A stretch of DNA of 63,783 nucleotides, counting the filler, from Stramenopiles sp. TOSAG23-2 (lineage: Eukaryota): NCBI GenBank assembly GCA_900128395.1. It is 31 parts of 31 records of this genome, joined end to end, with 100 filler letters (N's around TTAATTAATTAA, not from the genome) between each part and the next. Parts side by side here need not be neighbours in the genome. Positions count along the whole stretch, not along the records: positions 49,544 to 51,493 come from LT652178.1; positions 51,594 to 53,543 come from LT652179.1; positions 53,644 to 55,593 come from LT652180.1; positions 55,694 to 57,642 come from LT652181.1; positions 57,743 to 59,689 come from LT652182.1; positions 59,790 to 61,736 come from LT652183.1; 25 more parts are not named here. One strand, written 5' to 3'. Shown here piece after piece: positions 50,483 to 61,836 of this stretch (position 1 is the stretch's first letter; the number at the start of each line of letters is the position of its first letter). The position numbers and the translations under genes are program-made. The notes under the pieces were generated by a model. That model was not told where the DNA came from, ran no database searches, and was given only the letters and a program-made list of their open reading frames with translations.

Positions 50483-50768
50483 GCTCGTGAAATCGATTGA
50501 ATTGTTAAAATGATTTTGCTTAGACTCGAGTAGGGGCTTTTCTTCGCTTTTAACAAATACGTTGCTTGAACTAGTTATTTGTTTTTATTAGTGATTTTGT
50601 AGATCTAAAAAGGCAATGGTCCTTGATACGTTTACTTGGCTTGCCAGCTTGCTTTTGAAAATTAACTTGTTTTACTTTTCTTCTATGTGTTTACACTTGG
50701 AACTATGGAAGTTTGAAAAAGTAATAGTTAGTAGTCCGCAAGAAAAGGAAACATCCATCGACACTCCT

Positions 50769-50977
50769 ATAACAGGAACACACCATTACTGTCCATTGTT
50801 GTATTGTAACTGAAAGTTTGGTAAAATTGGATTTTTTACCAAACTTTGCCTGTGTGTCCTGTGTGTAGCTTAATAACAGGAACACAGCATAATCGTCCCC
50901 AGCTGTAATGCTATATTGTATTGGCTTGGGGACAGTAACGGTGTGTTCCTGTTATTAAGCTACATACAGGCATACAG
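50769..50977 (+). repeat. Nested inverted repeats (fold-back)
   Basis: 50864..50886 and 50942..50964 form a perfect 23-bp IR; 50769..50794 and 50930..50955 form a 25/26 IR. Confidence 0.85.
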
Positions 50978-51383
50978 CAGGTACTACAATACAACCTACA
51001 TTTAATTCTCCTATCAAAATGTCTATGACGTTTTATACTTATTTCCTAACAATACAAAAATGTTATATAGACTTATATGCGTGGTAGACTATGAAATATA
51101 TATTAAAAAACGACATAAAAATCCTTTGAATACAAGCCTATTACCTGCTAAACTGATTTACTGAATTTGCATGCATTTACACAATTGGGTTCATGTAACA
51201 TGTAAAATGTGTTTAAATGTTACATTCAAAGTATCGTACATTTCTTTATATGCATAAATAAAAACTATTTATTGCTTTTGATATTCGCAATCACTCAGGT
51301 CCTGTATTTTGAATGTTCAATTTTCACATGTACATGCAATTTAATGCTATTGCCATACTATTTCAACTGCCTATTTCGCTTGG

Positions 51384-51493
51384 ACATTTGATTTACCTGC
51401 TATTACGGCTTAATTGAATGGAACATTTGATTTACCTGCTATTACGGCTTAATTGAATGGAACATTTGATTTACCTGCTATTACGGCTTATTT
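51384..51493 (+). repeat. 39-bp tandem repeat, about 2.7 copies, running into the contig end
   Basis: acatttgatttacctgctattacggcttaattgaatgga at 51384, 51423 and 51462. Confidence 0.92.
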
Positions 51494-51593
51494 NNNNNNN
51501 NNNNNNNNNNNNNNNNNNNNNNNNNNNNNNNNNNNNNTTAATTAATTAANNNNNNNNNNNNNNNNNNNNNNNNNNNNNNNNNNNNNNNNNNNN

Positions 51594-52684
51594 ATTTAAA
51601 AGAGGAGTTAGGTGGATATGATGTACCAAAATAAGCTTTGATATGTCATATTTCCCCCCGAATATATATCTAGATTAGTGTATCGTTTATATATATGTGT
51701 TCTAAAAATATATGTCACATAATATATAAGGTTTATCCATTTATCATACTATATTTTTTCATCATACATTTTAAATATATGTATCCTTCGATATTTTTTT
51801 TTTGTCTTCCTTTCAATTCTGATCTTTTAAAAAAGATGAAAAAACACTCTGGCGGATGATTTAGTAATATAAAATGTGTCTACAATAGATTTTAAATGGT
51901 ATATAAAATACATTTTTTTCACACTCTCCTCTCTCTCTCTTTTTTTTGTAATATAAGGTTTATCCATTTATCATACTATATTTTTTCATCATACATTTTA
52001 AATATATGTATCCTTCGATATTTTTTTTTTGTCTTCCTTTCAATTCTGATCTTTTAAAAAAGATGAAAAAACACTCTGGCGGATGATTTAGTAATATAAA
52101 ATGTGTCTACAATAGATTTTAAATGGTATATAAAATACATTTTTTTCACACTCTCCTCTCTCTCTCTTTTTTTTGTAAAAAAAATATATAACACACATGT
52201 TAATTTTGCTAAAAAAGCACACACGCCCTTTTTCTGTATTTATAATCAATTTAAAAGAGGAGTTAGGTGGATATGATGTACCAAAATAAGCTTTGATATG
52301 TCACATTTTTTCCCCGAATATATATCTAGATTAGTGTATCGTTTATATATATATGTGTTCTAAAAATATATGTCACATAATATAAGGTTTATCCATTTAT
52401 CATACGAAGCGTACTATATTTTTTCATCATATGATACATTTTAACTATGTACCCTTCGATATTTTTTATTTTTGTCTTTTCCTTCAATTCTGATCTTTTA
52501 AAAAAGAGGAAAAAACACTCTGGCGGGTGATTTAGTAATATAAAATGTGTACAATAGATTTTAAATGGTATAAAATACATTTTTCACACTCTCCTCTCTC
52601 TCTCTTTTTTTTGTAAAAAAATATATAACACACATGTTAATTTTGCTAAAAAAGCACACACGCCCTTTTTCTGTATTTATAATC
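51594..52684. repeat. Multiply duplicated 3' flank of the adjacent gene (~230-bp unit x3 plus ~135-bp and ~70-bp pairs)
   Basis: taatataaggtttatccatttatcatac...ctctcttttttttgtaa at about 51720, 51948 and 52378. Confidence 0.85.
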
Positions 52685-53452
52685 TTTTAACTGGCATATC
52701 CGCCCCAGCTGATGGCATTGGTTGGGCAGCTACTCTTTTCCTGTTTACTAATACTTTGACATGTTTATCATTCTTTTCATCTACGGCAGTGATATTGCAG
52801 TTACCACCTAAACATTCTTCTTTTGCCATTTCTAATGGATTTGGCAAGGTCCTATTGTTACTATAATGTTGTGGTTTCGTCCACGTTAAATTCATATCGC
52901 GCCCCATGATGCGTTCAAAAACCATTTCCAACGTTTCTTTACCATCTTTTGGTGTTCCATCATCTGTATCGATTTCTTTTTTCACTTTTTTCTCTTCGCC
53001 CATACCTTTTGCTTCGTAATCAGCTCTTAATGCTTGTGCATCACGTCTAGCAATAGCAGTTTTCTCCGATGCACGTTTATTATTTAAGCCTAATAAAGCT
53101 AATACTTTGTCACCATGCAAACCTTTAATCCCATCAAATGCTGGCATTCTGTTGCACTTTTCTCTTCCGCATCTCCAGCACCTGGATGATTGTTAACAGC
53201 ATAACCAACATTTCCTGGTCCAGGTACAACAGGTAATTTGCTACCATATATACCATAAGAAGGAGCAGCAGCACCAGGTGGTGGTACTGGAATAGCTCCA
53301 TACGTTGGCATGATATTATTCATATTATCAAGTTGACTAAAAGTTGGATTTCCATTATTAATCGCATCGGTCATTGGATCTCGTAAATATTGTCCATTGG
53401 ATGCATGAAATGCAAGGATCACCGCAATCACAACATAGGTAATTTTATACAT
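52677..53452 (-). CDS. Secreted hypothetical protein, frameshift near 53160
   Basis: Signal peptide MYKITYVVIAVILAFHASNG; two overlapping ORFs join at EE/KCNRMPAF in an A-run. Confidence 0.6.
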
Positions 53453-54081
53453 CTTTTTTGTTGTTGTATATTCGTTTAGATCGATCAGGTCTCTTCCGCT
53501 ATTTATACGTATGTATGTTTCTATATGTTTACGTATATATCTCNNNNNNNNNNNNNNNNNNNNNNNNNNNNNNNNNNNNNNNNNNNNTTAATTAATTAAN
53601 NNNNNNNNNNNNNNNNNNNNNNNNNNNNNNNNNNNNNNNNNNNATATTTATTAACATATATTTTCGATCATCGTCGTACATTTACATAATTTGAAAATAT
53701 ACACTGAAGTACGATATATAATTTTTCAATTGTTGTTGGAGCAAGTGTGATTAGCGCACACATCAAATTCGTTTTTATAATTATCCCCCGGTTTACTAAA
53801 GAGAGTGTTTCCAGGTGTTGAATGGAGTAAAAACATTATATTCGTGTGTGTTCATTTCATTAAATATTAAACTTTATTTCACAGTTTTCAAATGTTTTTT
53901 TTCTCTGTTTCCTCTACGTGTTTCTCACACACGTGCAGCCGTGTCTTGTGTCGTTCCTTTCGCTTTTCCTCTCCGGCCAGTCGAGGGTTTTTATCAATTG
54001 AATTTGAACTAAGAAATATATAAAATAATAGAATAATGTTGAATATATAGATAACACAATATATATATATATATATACAAG

Positions 54082-54885
54082 ATGGCGTCAAGAAATACAA
54101 AACAACGGAAAGAGGTGAAGGACGACGACGACGATGAAATTAAAAACATATACGATATATGTGGTATACCAGGTTTGTTTAAAAATATTTTAAAATTTTT
54201 AAAAGTTAAATCTATATTAAAAATGAGTGAGTCTTGTTTAGTGAAAAATTTAGGACATGCAAGTTTTAATGAGTGTGTAAGTGAAGCGATAAGTGAACCA
54301 AAACAGTTGTATGAGCTATATCGAAGGTATCGAAATGAGTTTGAAGGATATACTGCGTTGGTATGCGCATGTGAACACGGACGTATGAATGATGTGTTAT
54401 TATTTGTAAATTTACACCGTTTTCATAAATATATTGAGATGAACGGCGTGAAAGAAGGTAATATGACATTGAAAGAAATGGTGAATCAACTCGGTGCAGA
54501 TAGTTATGGTATTGACGGTACACCTTTAATGGCAGCTGCATCGAACGAACATTTCCACATAGTTGAATATTTAATTGAACAATGTGAAGCTGATCCTAAT
54601 ATTGCACGTAGTACTGGATCGAATGCATTACATTTAGCAGCATGTAATAACAGAACAAATACTGAGTTGATTCAGCTCTTGTTAAATCATATGTCTCTTA
54701 ATAGCATTAATAAGAAGACGTCCACGACGGGGGGATTCACTCCCCTGGACTGTGCATATTATGTTAATCATAGCCCAATTCGCCAAGACATCATTGCACT
54801 TTTACGTTCAAAAGGTGGAAAAGCAAATTATTATGATGAAAATGGTAGAGATGTAGGAGAAGGTAATGGTGATTTAAATGATTAA
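54082..54885 (+). CDS. F-box-like + ankyrin-repeat protein; first unit of a tandem array
   Basis: GYTALVCAC, GTPLMAAA, GSNALHLAA, GFTPLDCAY ankyrin repeats; N-terminal IPGLFKNILKFLKVKSILKMSESC. Confidence 0.85.
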   Translation: MASRNTKQRKEVKDDDDDEIKNIYDICGIPGLFKNILKFLKVKSILKMSESCLVKNLGHASFNECVSEAISEPKQLYELYRRYRNEFEGYTALVCACEHGRMNDVLLFVNLHRFHKYIEMNGVKEGNMTLKEMVNQLGADSYGIDGTPLMAAASNEHFHIVEYLIEQCEADPNIARSTGSNALHLAACNNRTNTELIQLLLNHMSLNSINKKTSTTGGFTPLDCAYYVNHSPIRQDIIALLRSKGGKANYYDENGRDVGEGNGDLND

Positions 54886-55553
54886 CATTACAATCAGAGG
54901 AAGACGTCAAGGATGAAAGAGTTGTTTGCATAGCGAGAGAGATGTCGTCTATCTAATCATCCGTCTCAATCAAAAATATATCAAATATAAATTCCAAATA
55001 CAAATAGATGAGCCAAGACATCATTGCACTTTTACGTTCAAAAGGTGGAAAAGCAAATTATTATGATGAAAATGGTAGAGATGTAGGAGAAGGTAATGGT
55101 GATTTAAATGATTAACATTACAATCAGAGGAAGACGTCAAGGATGAAAGAGTTGTTTGCATAGCGAGAGAGATGTCGTCTATCTAATCATCCGTCTCAAT
55201 CAAAAATATATCAAATATAAATTCCAAATACAAATAGATGAGGAGATGAGATGGAGCAAATGGGGAGTGAGATGTGTGTGCGAGTGGTAAAAATATGTGA
55301 GGCATGTTTACAAAAAATTGAAAAGGAATTAAAATTATTTTACTTTACACAAAGCTTTCTTAATGTCTTTGTCCCCATTTTCCTCCCTCCCACGTCTTTT
55401 CTCACGTGCAGCCGTCTTGTGTCGTTCCTATTTCTTTTCCTCTCCGGCCAGTCGAGGGTTTTTATCAATTGAATTTGAACTAAGAAATATATAAAATAAT
55501 AGAATAATGTTGAATTATATAGATAACACAATATATATATATATATATACAAG

Positions 55554-55593
55554 ATGGCGTCAAGAAATACAAAACAACGGAAAGAGGTGAAGG
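55554..55593 (+). CDS. 5' start of a second tandem copy of the ankyrin gene
   Basis: About 55398..55593 repeats about 53921..54121, including MASRNTKQRKEVK. Confidence 0.7.
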
Positions 55594-56838
55594 NNNNNNN
55601 NNNNNNNNNNNNNNNNNNNNNNNNNNNNNNNNNNNNNTTAATTAATTAANNNNNNNNNNNNNNNNNNNNNNNNNNNNNNNNNNNNNNNNNNNNAACATGC
55701 AGTTGAAAAATCTTTAAAATTAACGTATCGACGGAGTTAAATTTTACTTACACGAGGAGACACATGAGATATAAGTGAATTGTGGGACAATTCTAGCGCA
55801 AAAGGTGCGGATGCATCTATGATAAAATTGATCAGTTGGCAATTTCATTAAAAGAAAAATTGAAGGTGCCAAAGAGACATTGATTATCCAGAATGATCCC
55901 TCGAAGCATCGGTGACCGGGGGCGACACATTTTTTTTCTTTTAATTAAATCTACGAGTATGTATGAAAAATAATTATTAATATACAAGGTGGTATGAAAA
56001 ATGAAAATTAAAACTTTTTAATGTCTCTCAAAGTTTTCGTACGAAGGTACACGCACTTCCCAAGGTGCTTGTGTACTCGTAGTCAGCTACTGCTGCTTCA
56101 AAAGTCATCCTCGCTGTAATCATTGTAGTCGGTATCGTAATCGATGCTGCGGGCAGACAGGCCTTCAGAGGATTCTCGCGCGACAAGCACTTTGCTACGC
56201 CCTTTATCCTTTATTGATGTGGCGGTCGCCTGCACCAAGATAAAGAAAATATACTAGCTAGCTAGCCAGGCTAGCTACTGTGCTACATACTACTGTCACC
56301 TGCTATGAAGCGTTGGTATATTTATAATATATACATTCAAATATAGGGTTTGACTATTTCGTTCCATATAAGTACTAAGTATAAAATATAATAATACCTC
56401 CACTAAAAGAAGTAAATTTTGGAACACTTTTTAGACATATTTAACAGTGTTAGTGTACTTATATTTATCACAATGTAAATGTTGGTTCCTATTATACCTT
56501 AACCTTAAGAACACAGGTTGATGCTGTGTGTACGCTATAGCACGGACACACACTCCAGCACTCCAAGACAAAAAAAATTTTTTTGGGAATAATTTATTAG
56601 GAATGTTGGTTGGGGAATTGCTTCACAGTGCTGTGTGCATGGTGTTGGCAAAATGGTGCGTATTATATATAGAAATATATGTATCTAGTATATACAAGTC
56701 AATACCTACGTTATACAAATACAAAAAGAAAAACAAATACAAAAAGAAAAACAAATACAAAAGAAAAGAGAATTAAAAAAAGGAAGAAAAACGAAAACAC
56801 AATACTATAGAATTTCTGTCGACTGAATTTTTTTAAGA

Positions 56839-57642
56839 ATGTCATCAATAGTATCGACTGATTGTCGATCATGCATGCTTGGCAATATTAAATTACCGTG
56901 AGTAAGACATTATTAAATTGAATTGAAGCTATAAGAAAATGTCGTCTAACATTTCACATTTCTCATTTATACATAAAATTTCATATATATACAGAGGTGG
57001 CTTAGCGGGTCAAAAGATTTTCGAAGCAATTCTAGAATTCTTAGACACAATGTCTTTCTATAAACTGGTGAAAACTAGCTGCATTAAGCAGATGGATATG
57101 TTATATGCAAATTTATATTTGCAAAAATATACTAAATTGAGACTGAACATTCCATACAATGCCAATTTGATATTATCTTCAAGTAATAGTGTTGAGATTT
57201 ACAAATCAATAGTAACAATTCGTAAAATGTTATCTTTAAGTATTCCCAAAAGAAATGAACTAACTCAGCAAATTATCGAGACGGGGGTTGTACCATCCCT
57301 TGTTGCAAAATTACAAGAATACAATCCAAAAGTACAAATTGAAGCTGCTTGGGCTTTAACTAATATTGCTTCAGGTACTAGTGAACAAACACGAGTTGTT
57401 ATGGAACATGATGCTGTGCCAATATTTGTTCGATTATTATTAGCAGAAGATAAGAATTTGAAAGAGCAAGCAGCTTGGGCTCTTGGAAATATAGCGGGCG
57501 ATTCACCAAGCAGTAGAAACATCGTTTTAAGCGAAAATAATGCTTTGGAAAATTTGTTAACATTGATGCAACCAGGAACGGAAACCTCGACTGTTCGTAA
57601 TGCAACATGGACTTTATCTAATTTCTGTCGCGGTAAACCTCA
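56839..57642 (+). CDS. Importin-alpha-like ARM protein with an N-terminal F-box-like motif instead of IBB; exons 56839..56897 and 56995..57642 (3' truncated)
   Basis: EAAWALTNIASGTSEQT, EQAAWALGNIAGDS, RNATWTLSNFCRGKP; predicted GTGAGT..CTAAC..CAG intron 56898..56994 joins in frame. Confidence 0.75.
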
Positions 57643-58186
57643 NNNNNNNNNNNNNNNNNNNNNNNNNNNNNNNNNNNNNNNNNNNNTTAATTAATTAANN
57701 NNNNNNNNNNNNNNNNNNNNNNNNNNNNNNNNNNNNNNNNNNATGTAGATATAGTAGTCGTATATATTCTGATAAAATAAAAGAAGCAAAAAAAAAAAAA
57801 ATGGTGTGTTTTGTTGTGTATAATATTACACACATTTTATTAAAATTAATTTTTAAAATAATAAAAATTGATGGTTAAAATCTATACGAGTACGAAGTAA
57901 AAGTTTTATATACGAAGTAATAATTTTACACTTCTCGTGTTAAGTAATATGCTCAATACTCAATCTGACACTGGTGTCTGGCATTGAAGCTGTACGATGC
58001 GACACCTGGTCAAGATGATTATACGTATCAGAAAGCTGGATTTGGTGCGGTGTTAATTGCCGTGAGTGTTTTATGCGTATCATATGGTGTTAGGGTTGGG
58101 AAGTATTGTCGTAAAGTACGCCATGTTTGAGAGAGAGGGTCATGAAGTGTTTGAAACAAGATTTTTGGCTAGATGTGCGAATGGCA

Positions 58187-59077
58187 CTAAGGAGTTGTAC
58201 GTCTTGGCGAGAAGCATTTTTTTGTTTTTAAATTATTAAAATAAATATTATTGTATATATCATTTTCCTCATCATTATCATTTTTTGCATTAACAAGTTC
58301 ACTATATGTTTTGACTTCACCTGGATTCTTAATATTTCTTCCATATCCAGGAATACCTAATATAATTTGTTCTCGTAAAAATCCTTTTTTTAACATATCT
58401 TCCACATGTTGTTTCGCATTTTTCAATGTAGAATGTCTTTCCCCATAATCATAACTCATTAAATGTATACGATCTATTACTTTTTTTGCTGCTGGCAATA
58501 AATCATTCCAAGGATGCAATGCAACGGATAATAGTAATTTTTTCGGTTTAAATAATTCAGCAGTTTCAACAATTAATTGTGAATATGCTTTTACTTCCTC
58601 ATAATTTTGTGGTTGTTCCCAATCATAATCAACACCTTGTAAATTATATTTTTTCATGGTTTCATATAAGGTAGAAATGAACGACTCGCGCAATTTTTCT
58701 TCTTTTGATATTGTGTAAAAATAATTACTTCTACCACCACCACCGATAGTTAACAACAATTTACCAACACTATGTTTTCTTGCAGTTTTTATTTTATCAT
58801 CATGAAAATGAAATTTCAAACCACCAGATGAACTTGGTTCAGCAGAAAATAATAATAAATCAGACGTTTGTTCCAACAAAAATTCATAATCGACATCTCG
58901 ATATTCCGGTATATATGTTGATATAGTAAAACCAACGTTTGATGACCGCCCTTTACCACCATATTTCGATCTTTTCGTTCTTGCAAATGAAATAGTTATT
59001 AATATTATTGATATAAAACTAAATAAATAAAAATAATACCAATTTTTATTATTATGATTCATTAAAAAACATCTCAT
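58187..59077 (-). CDS. GH18 chitinase-like protein with N-terminal anchor; C-terminus appears truncated or chimeric
   Basis: LTIGGG, LQGVDYDWEQP (DxxDxDxE-type), LMSYD, LGIPGYGR; the final barrel strand is absent after IYFNN. Confidence 0.85.
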   Translation of the reverse strand: MRCFLMNHNNKNWYYFYLFSFISIILITISFARTKRSKYGGKGRSSNVGFTISTYIPEYRDVDYEFLLEQTSDLLLFSAEPSSSGGLKFHFHDDKIKTARKHSVGKLLLTIGGGGRSNYFYTISKEEKLRESFISTLYETMKKYNLQGVDYDWEQPQNYEEVKAYSQLIVETAELFKPKKLLLSVALHPWNDLLPAAKKVIDRIHLMSYDYGERHSTLKNAKQHVEDMLKKGFLREQIILGIPGYGRNIKNPGEVKTYSELVNAKNDNDEENDIYNNIYFNNLKTKKCFSPRRTTP

Positions 59078-59844
59078 TATTGTATTTTATTATTGTGGGA
59101 AATTTGAGACAATTATTATTACTATTATTTAGAACAATTTAGGTAATAGTATACACTGTATTTTGAATGAGACAGAAGTAGTTTTACATATATATATATA
59201 TGTATGTATGTAAATGTATAGAGGTGCATCATTCACCAACCATTTTTATATCGTAAACAATAATAATTTTCAAAAAACATACTAACATAATAATCGCGAA
59301 AAAAAATAAAAATAACAATAATATAATGTGCATGCTAATCATGTTAGTAGCTATACTTAAGACTATACGGTGTACCATCCTATCCGCATTTTTTGATAAA
59401 ATAATTTTGAGAATTAGAATAGGCAGAATTAGAATGGGCTTACCAAGTAAAAAAATGTACAATGCTGTATTAGTAATAGTACTAGCTCTACTGTATACTA
59501 CTGGTATACCACCAACCACACAGAAGAGTTTTGTTGTAAATTACAGATGTGATTTGAATTTGTATGTTTATGACGTATAATACTTTGAAATTGAAAAAAA
59601 AATTAAAGTGATAGATACACCAACATATATTCAGTATATTAAATAATCGTTAGAACAAGCAAGAACGAAATGAGTAGCTTTGCAAATCGNNNNNNNNNNN
59701 NNNNNNNNNNNNNNNNNNNNNNNNNNNNNNNNNTTAATTAATTAANNNNNNNNNNNNNNNNNNNNNNNNNNNNNNNNNNNNNNNNNNNNTCTCTAAAATA
59801 TCATCGTTTTCTACTTCTTCTTTCTCCACCACCTCTTCTTCCAA

Positions 59845-61736
59845 TACTTTCTCGGATAAACGCTTTTTCACTGCAATAGCTGGAAATGGTAATAGTGGCT
59901 TTAATGTCGATAAATATGAAGAGAAATTAAAACAGTTGCAGGAAAAAGGTACACCACCAGAAACAATAGCACATTTTTTGCTTTCTAAAGACGTTAGAAA
60001 TATAACAAGGTTAGGTTTATGGCAAACGCCTAATATTATTGGCAATAGCTATTATATACAAACAGTTGAAAATTTGTTAAATAAGTACTGGGATACAAAT
60101 GATATAAACCATATATTATTAGCGCAGCGACTTGCATATGTAATAACAAATGAAAATGTAAATAATGATCGCCATGGTGCTATTATTACTAGTAGTCAAG
60201 AATTTGATCCGATAATATATGATCGAATAATTGATTTTTATTTTACAACAGGTAATGTACATGAAAGTAGAAATTTATTTCAGAAATTAATTGAGAAAGA
60301 TAATGGTATTAATTTGAATTTAGATCGCGTCTTTCAATATCAAAATGGTATCAACAATTTAAATAACTTATTCAAAGATCTGAAAGCAACAGAGCAAGAG
60401 GAAGGGAGTGTTAATGAGCCATCCAAAATTATGCAAATTACTGTTGTGAATGATGAAAAGTTAATTAATGAGACGGTACATTCCTTCATGGTTGGTATTA
60501 ATATATGTGAAACAAAAGATGAAATCCAACAATTGTTTTTAAGTACGATGGAACTAGTGAAGAAAATTGAGAATCATGGAGCTTTATCCAGTGAAAATGC
60601 AATAGCATGTTTTTATATGACAAAACATGCAATTAATTTACTTGGCGAAGATATCGATATGATTGAGATATATGATTTATATTTATATTTCTTATCATCT
60701 TTTTATTACCATCACAATAGTAGTCTTCATAGTGTTGCTGCTGATGGTGGTGGTGAGAATCCTCCTCATGATGGTACAAGCAATAATTTAAATATAAATC
60801 AAATGGTCAACGATGTAAATAATAAACCTAATAAAAAAGTCATGCAAGATATATTTAAAAAACTTGAGGTTTGTGTTAAAAAATCATTAGATGAAATGGA
60901 AAAATCTTCAAATAAAAAAGAATTTTTAGCTCGAAGAAATGCATTGTTAGATGCAAATAAAAAGAAATCAAGAAAATCATTGCTATCACGATTATTAGAT
61001 ATAACAAAAGGTGATCTCGATCGCAGTAATAACATGTCAAATATAACAATTACAGCTGACATCCCGGCAAAGAATAATGTATTAAATGAAGATATTTTTA
61101 CCGTACTGTCCCAAAATGCTCCATACTTTGTGTCTGCAACGCTTCAAGAGCTTGAAGCAAGAGGTTTACAGCCAAATAAAACTACAGTTCAACACATGTT
61201 AAATCTTTTACATACAATGTACTTACATGAAAAACAGCATATTGCCATGAACAAGACAGGATCAATAATAAATACGGATATTTCTGCGTTGCGTAAAGAA
61301 TTTCACAAGGATTACGATAATTTTGTTGATGACAATAGGAAAGAATTTGTATCCTCATTCCTCGAGAAAATAGAACGGTATTCATTATCGGAAGAATTTA
61401 ATAAAGAAGAATATACGTTTAATTCTGGAAAACTAGTTTCACAAAAGGTGCAAGAATTATTGCATGAATTTTGTAAACAGATTCCGGGTGTAGCATGTAA
61501 ATCTAGAGGTTTCAATCTAGAGAATGCTGAGAAAACCGTTAAATATTGTCATTCTAGAAAAGAAGAACTCCTTGAATTTCTATGGAATGAACATGCGGAG
61601 ACGTTAATTCAATCAATATGGAATAAGAATATGGCAAAGAATGCTGATATTGTTGAAAAGTTTTTCCCGCAATATAAGATTTTGGAAGAAGAGGTGGTGG
61701 AGAAAGAAGAAGTAGAAAACGATGATATTTTAGAAC
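59845..61736 (+). CDS. Hypothetical alpha-helical protein fragment
   Basis: ORF of more than 600 aa open to the contig end; the first ~55 bp of the contig is an inverted copy of its last ~55 bp. Confidence 0.65.
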
Positions 61737-61836
61737 NNNNNNNNNNNNNNNNNNNNNNNNNNNNNNNNNNNNNNNNNNNNTTAATTAATTAANNNNNNNN
61801 NNNNNNNNNNNNNNNNNNNNNNNNNNNNNNNNNNNN

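Noticed and set aside
51384-51493. 39-bp repeats as a CRISPR array
   Set aside because: The units are contiguous with no spacers, and the context is eukaryotic.
13505-53160. Multiple frameshifted genes as evidence of programmed frameshifting or an alternative genetic code
   Set aside because: The shift sites share no motif, some lie in A-runs, and conserved genes (AP4M1, RPB3, SDR) read intact in the standard code; indel errors or pseudogenes are simpler.
59790-59844. 55-bp inverted repeat at both ends of the contig as transposon TIRs
   Set aside because: It is an inverted copy of coding sequence (61682..61736) at the contig edge, typical of an amplification or assembly chimera.
1976-61836. 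Regularly spaced TTAATTAATTAA repeats as a CRISPR-like or biological array, and gene neighbourhoods as a cluster (for example PEX11 plus PTS1 enzymes)
   Set aside because: These are artificial linkers between length-sorted contigs; adjacency carries no information.
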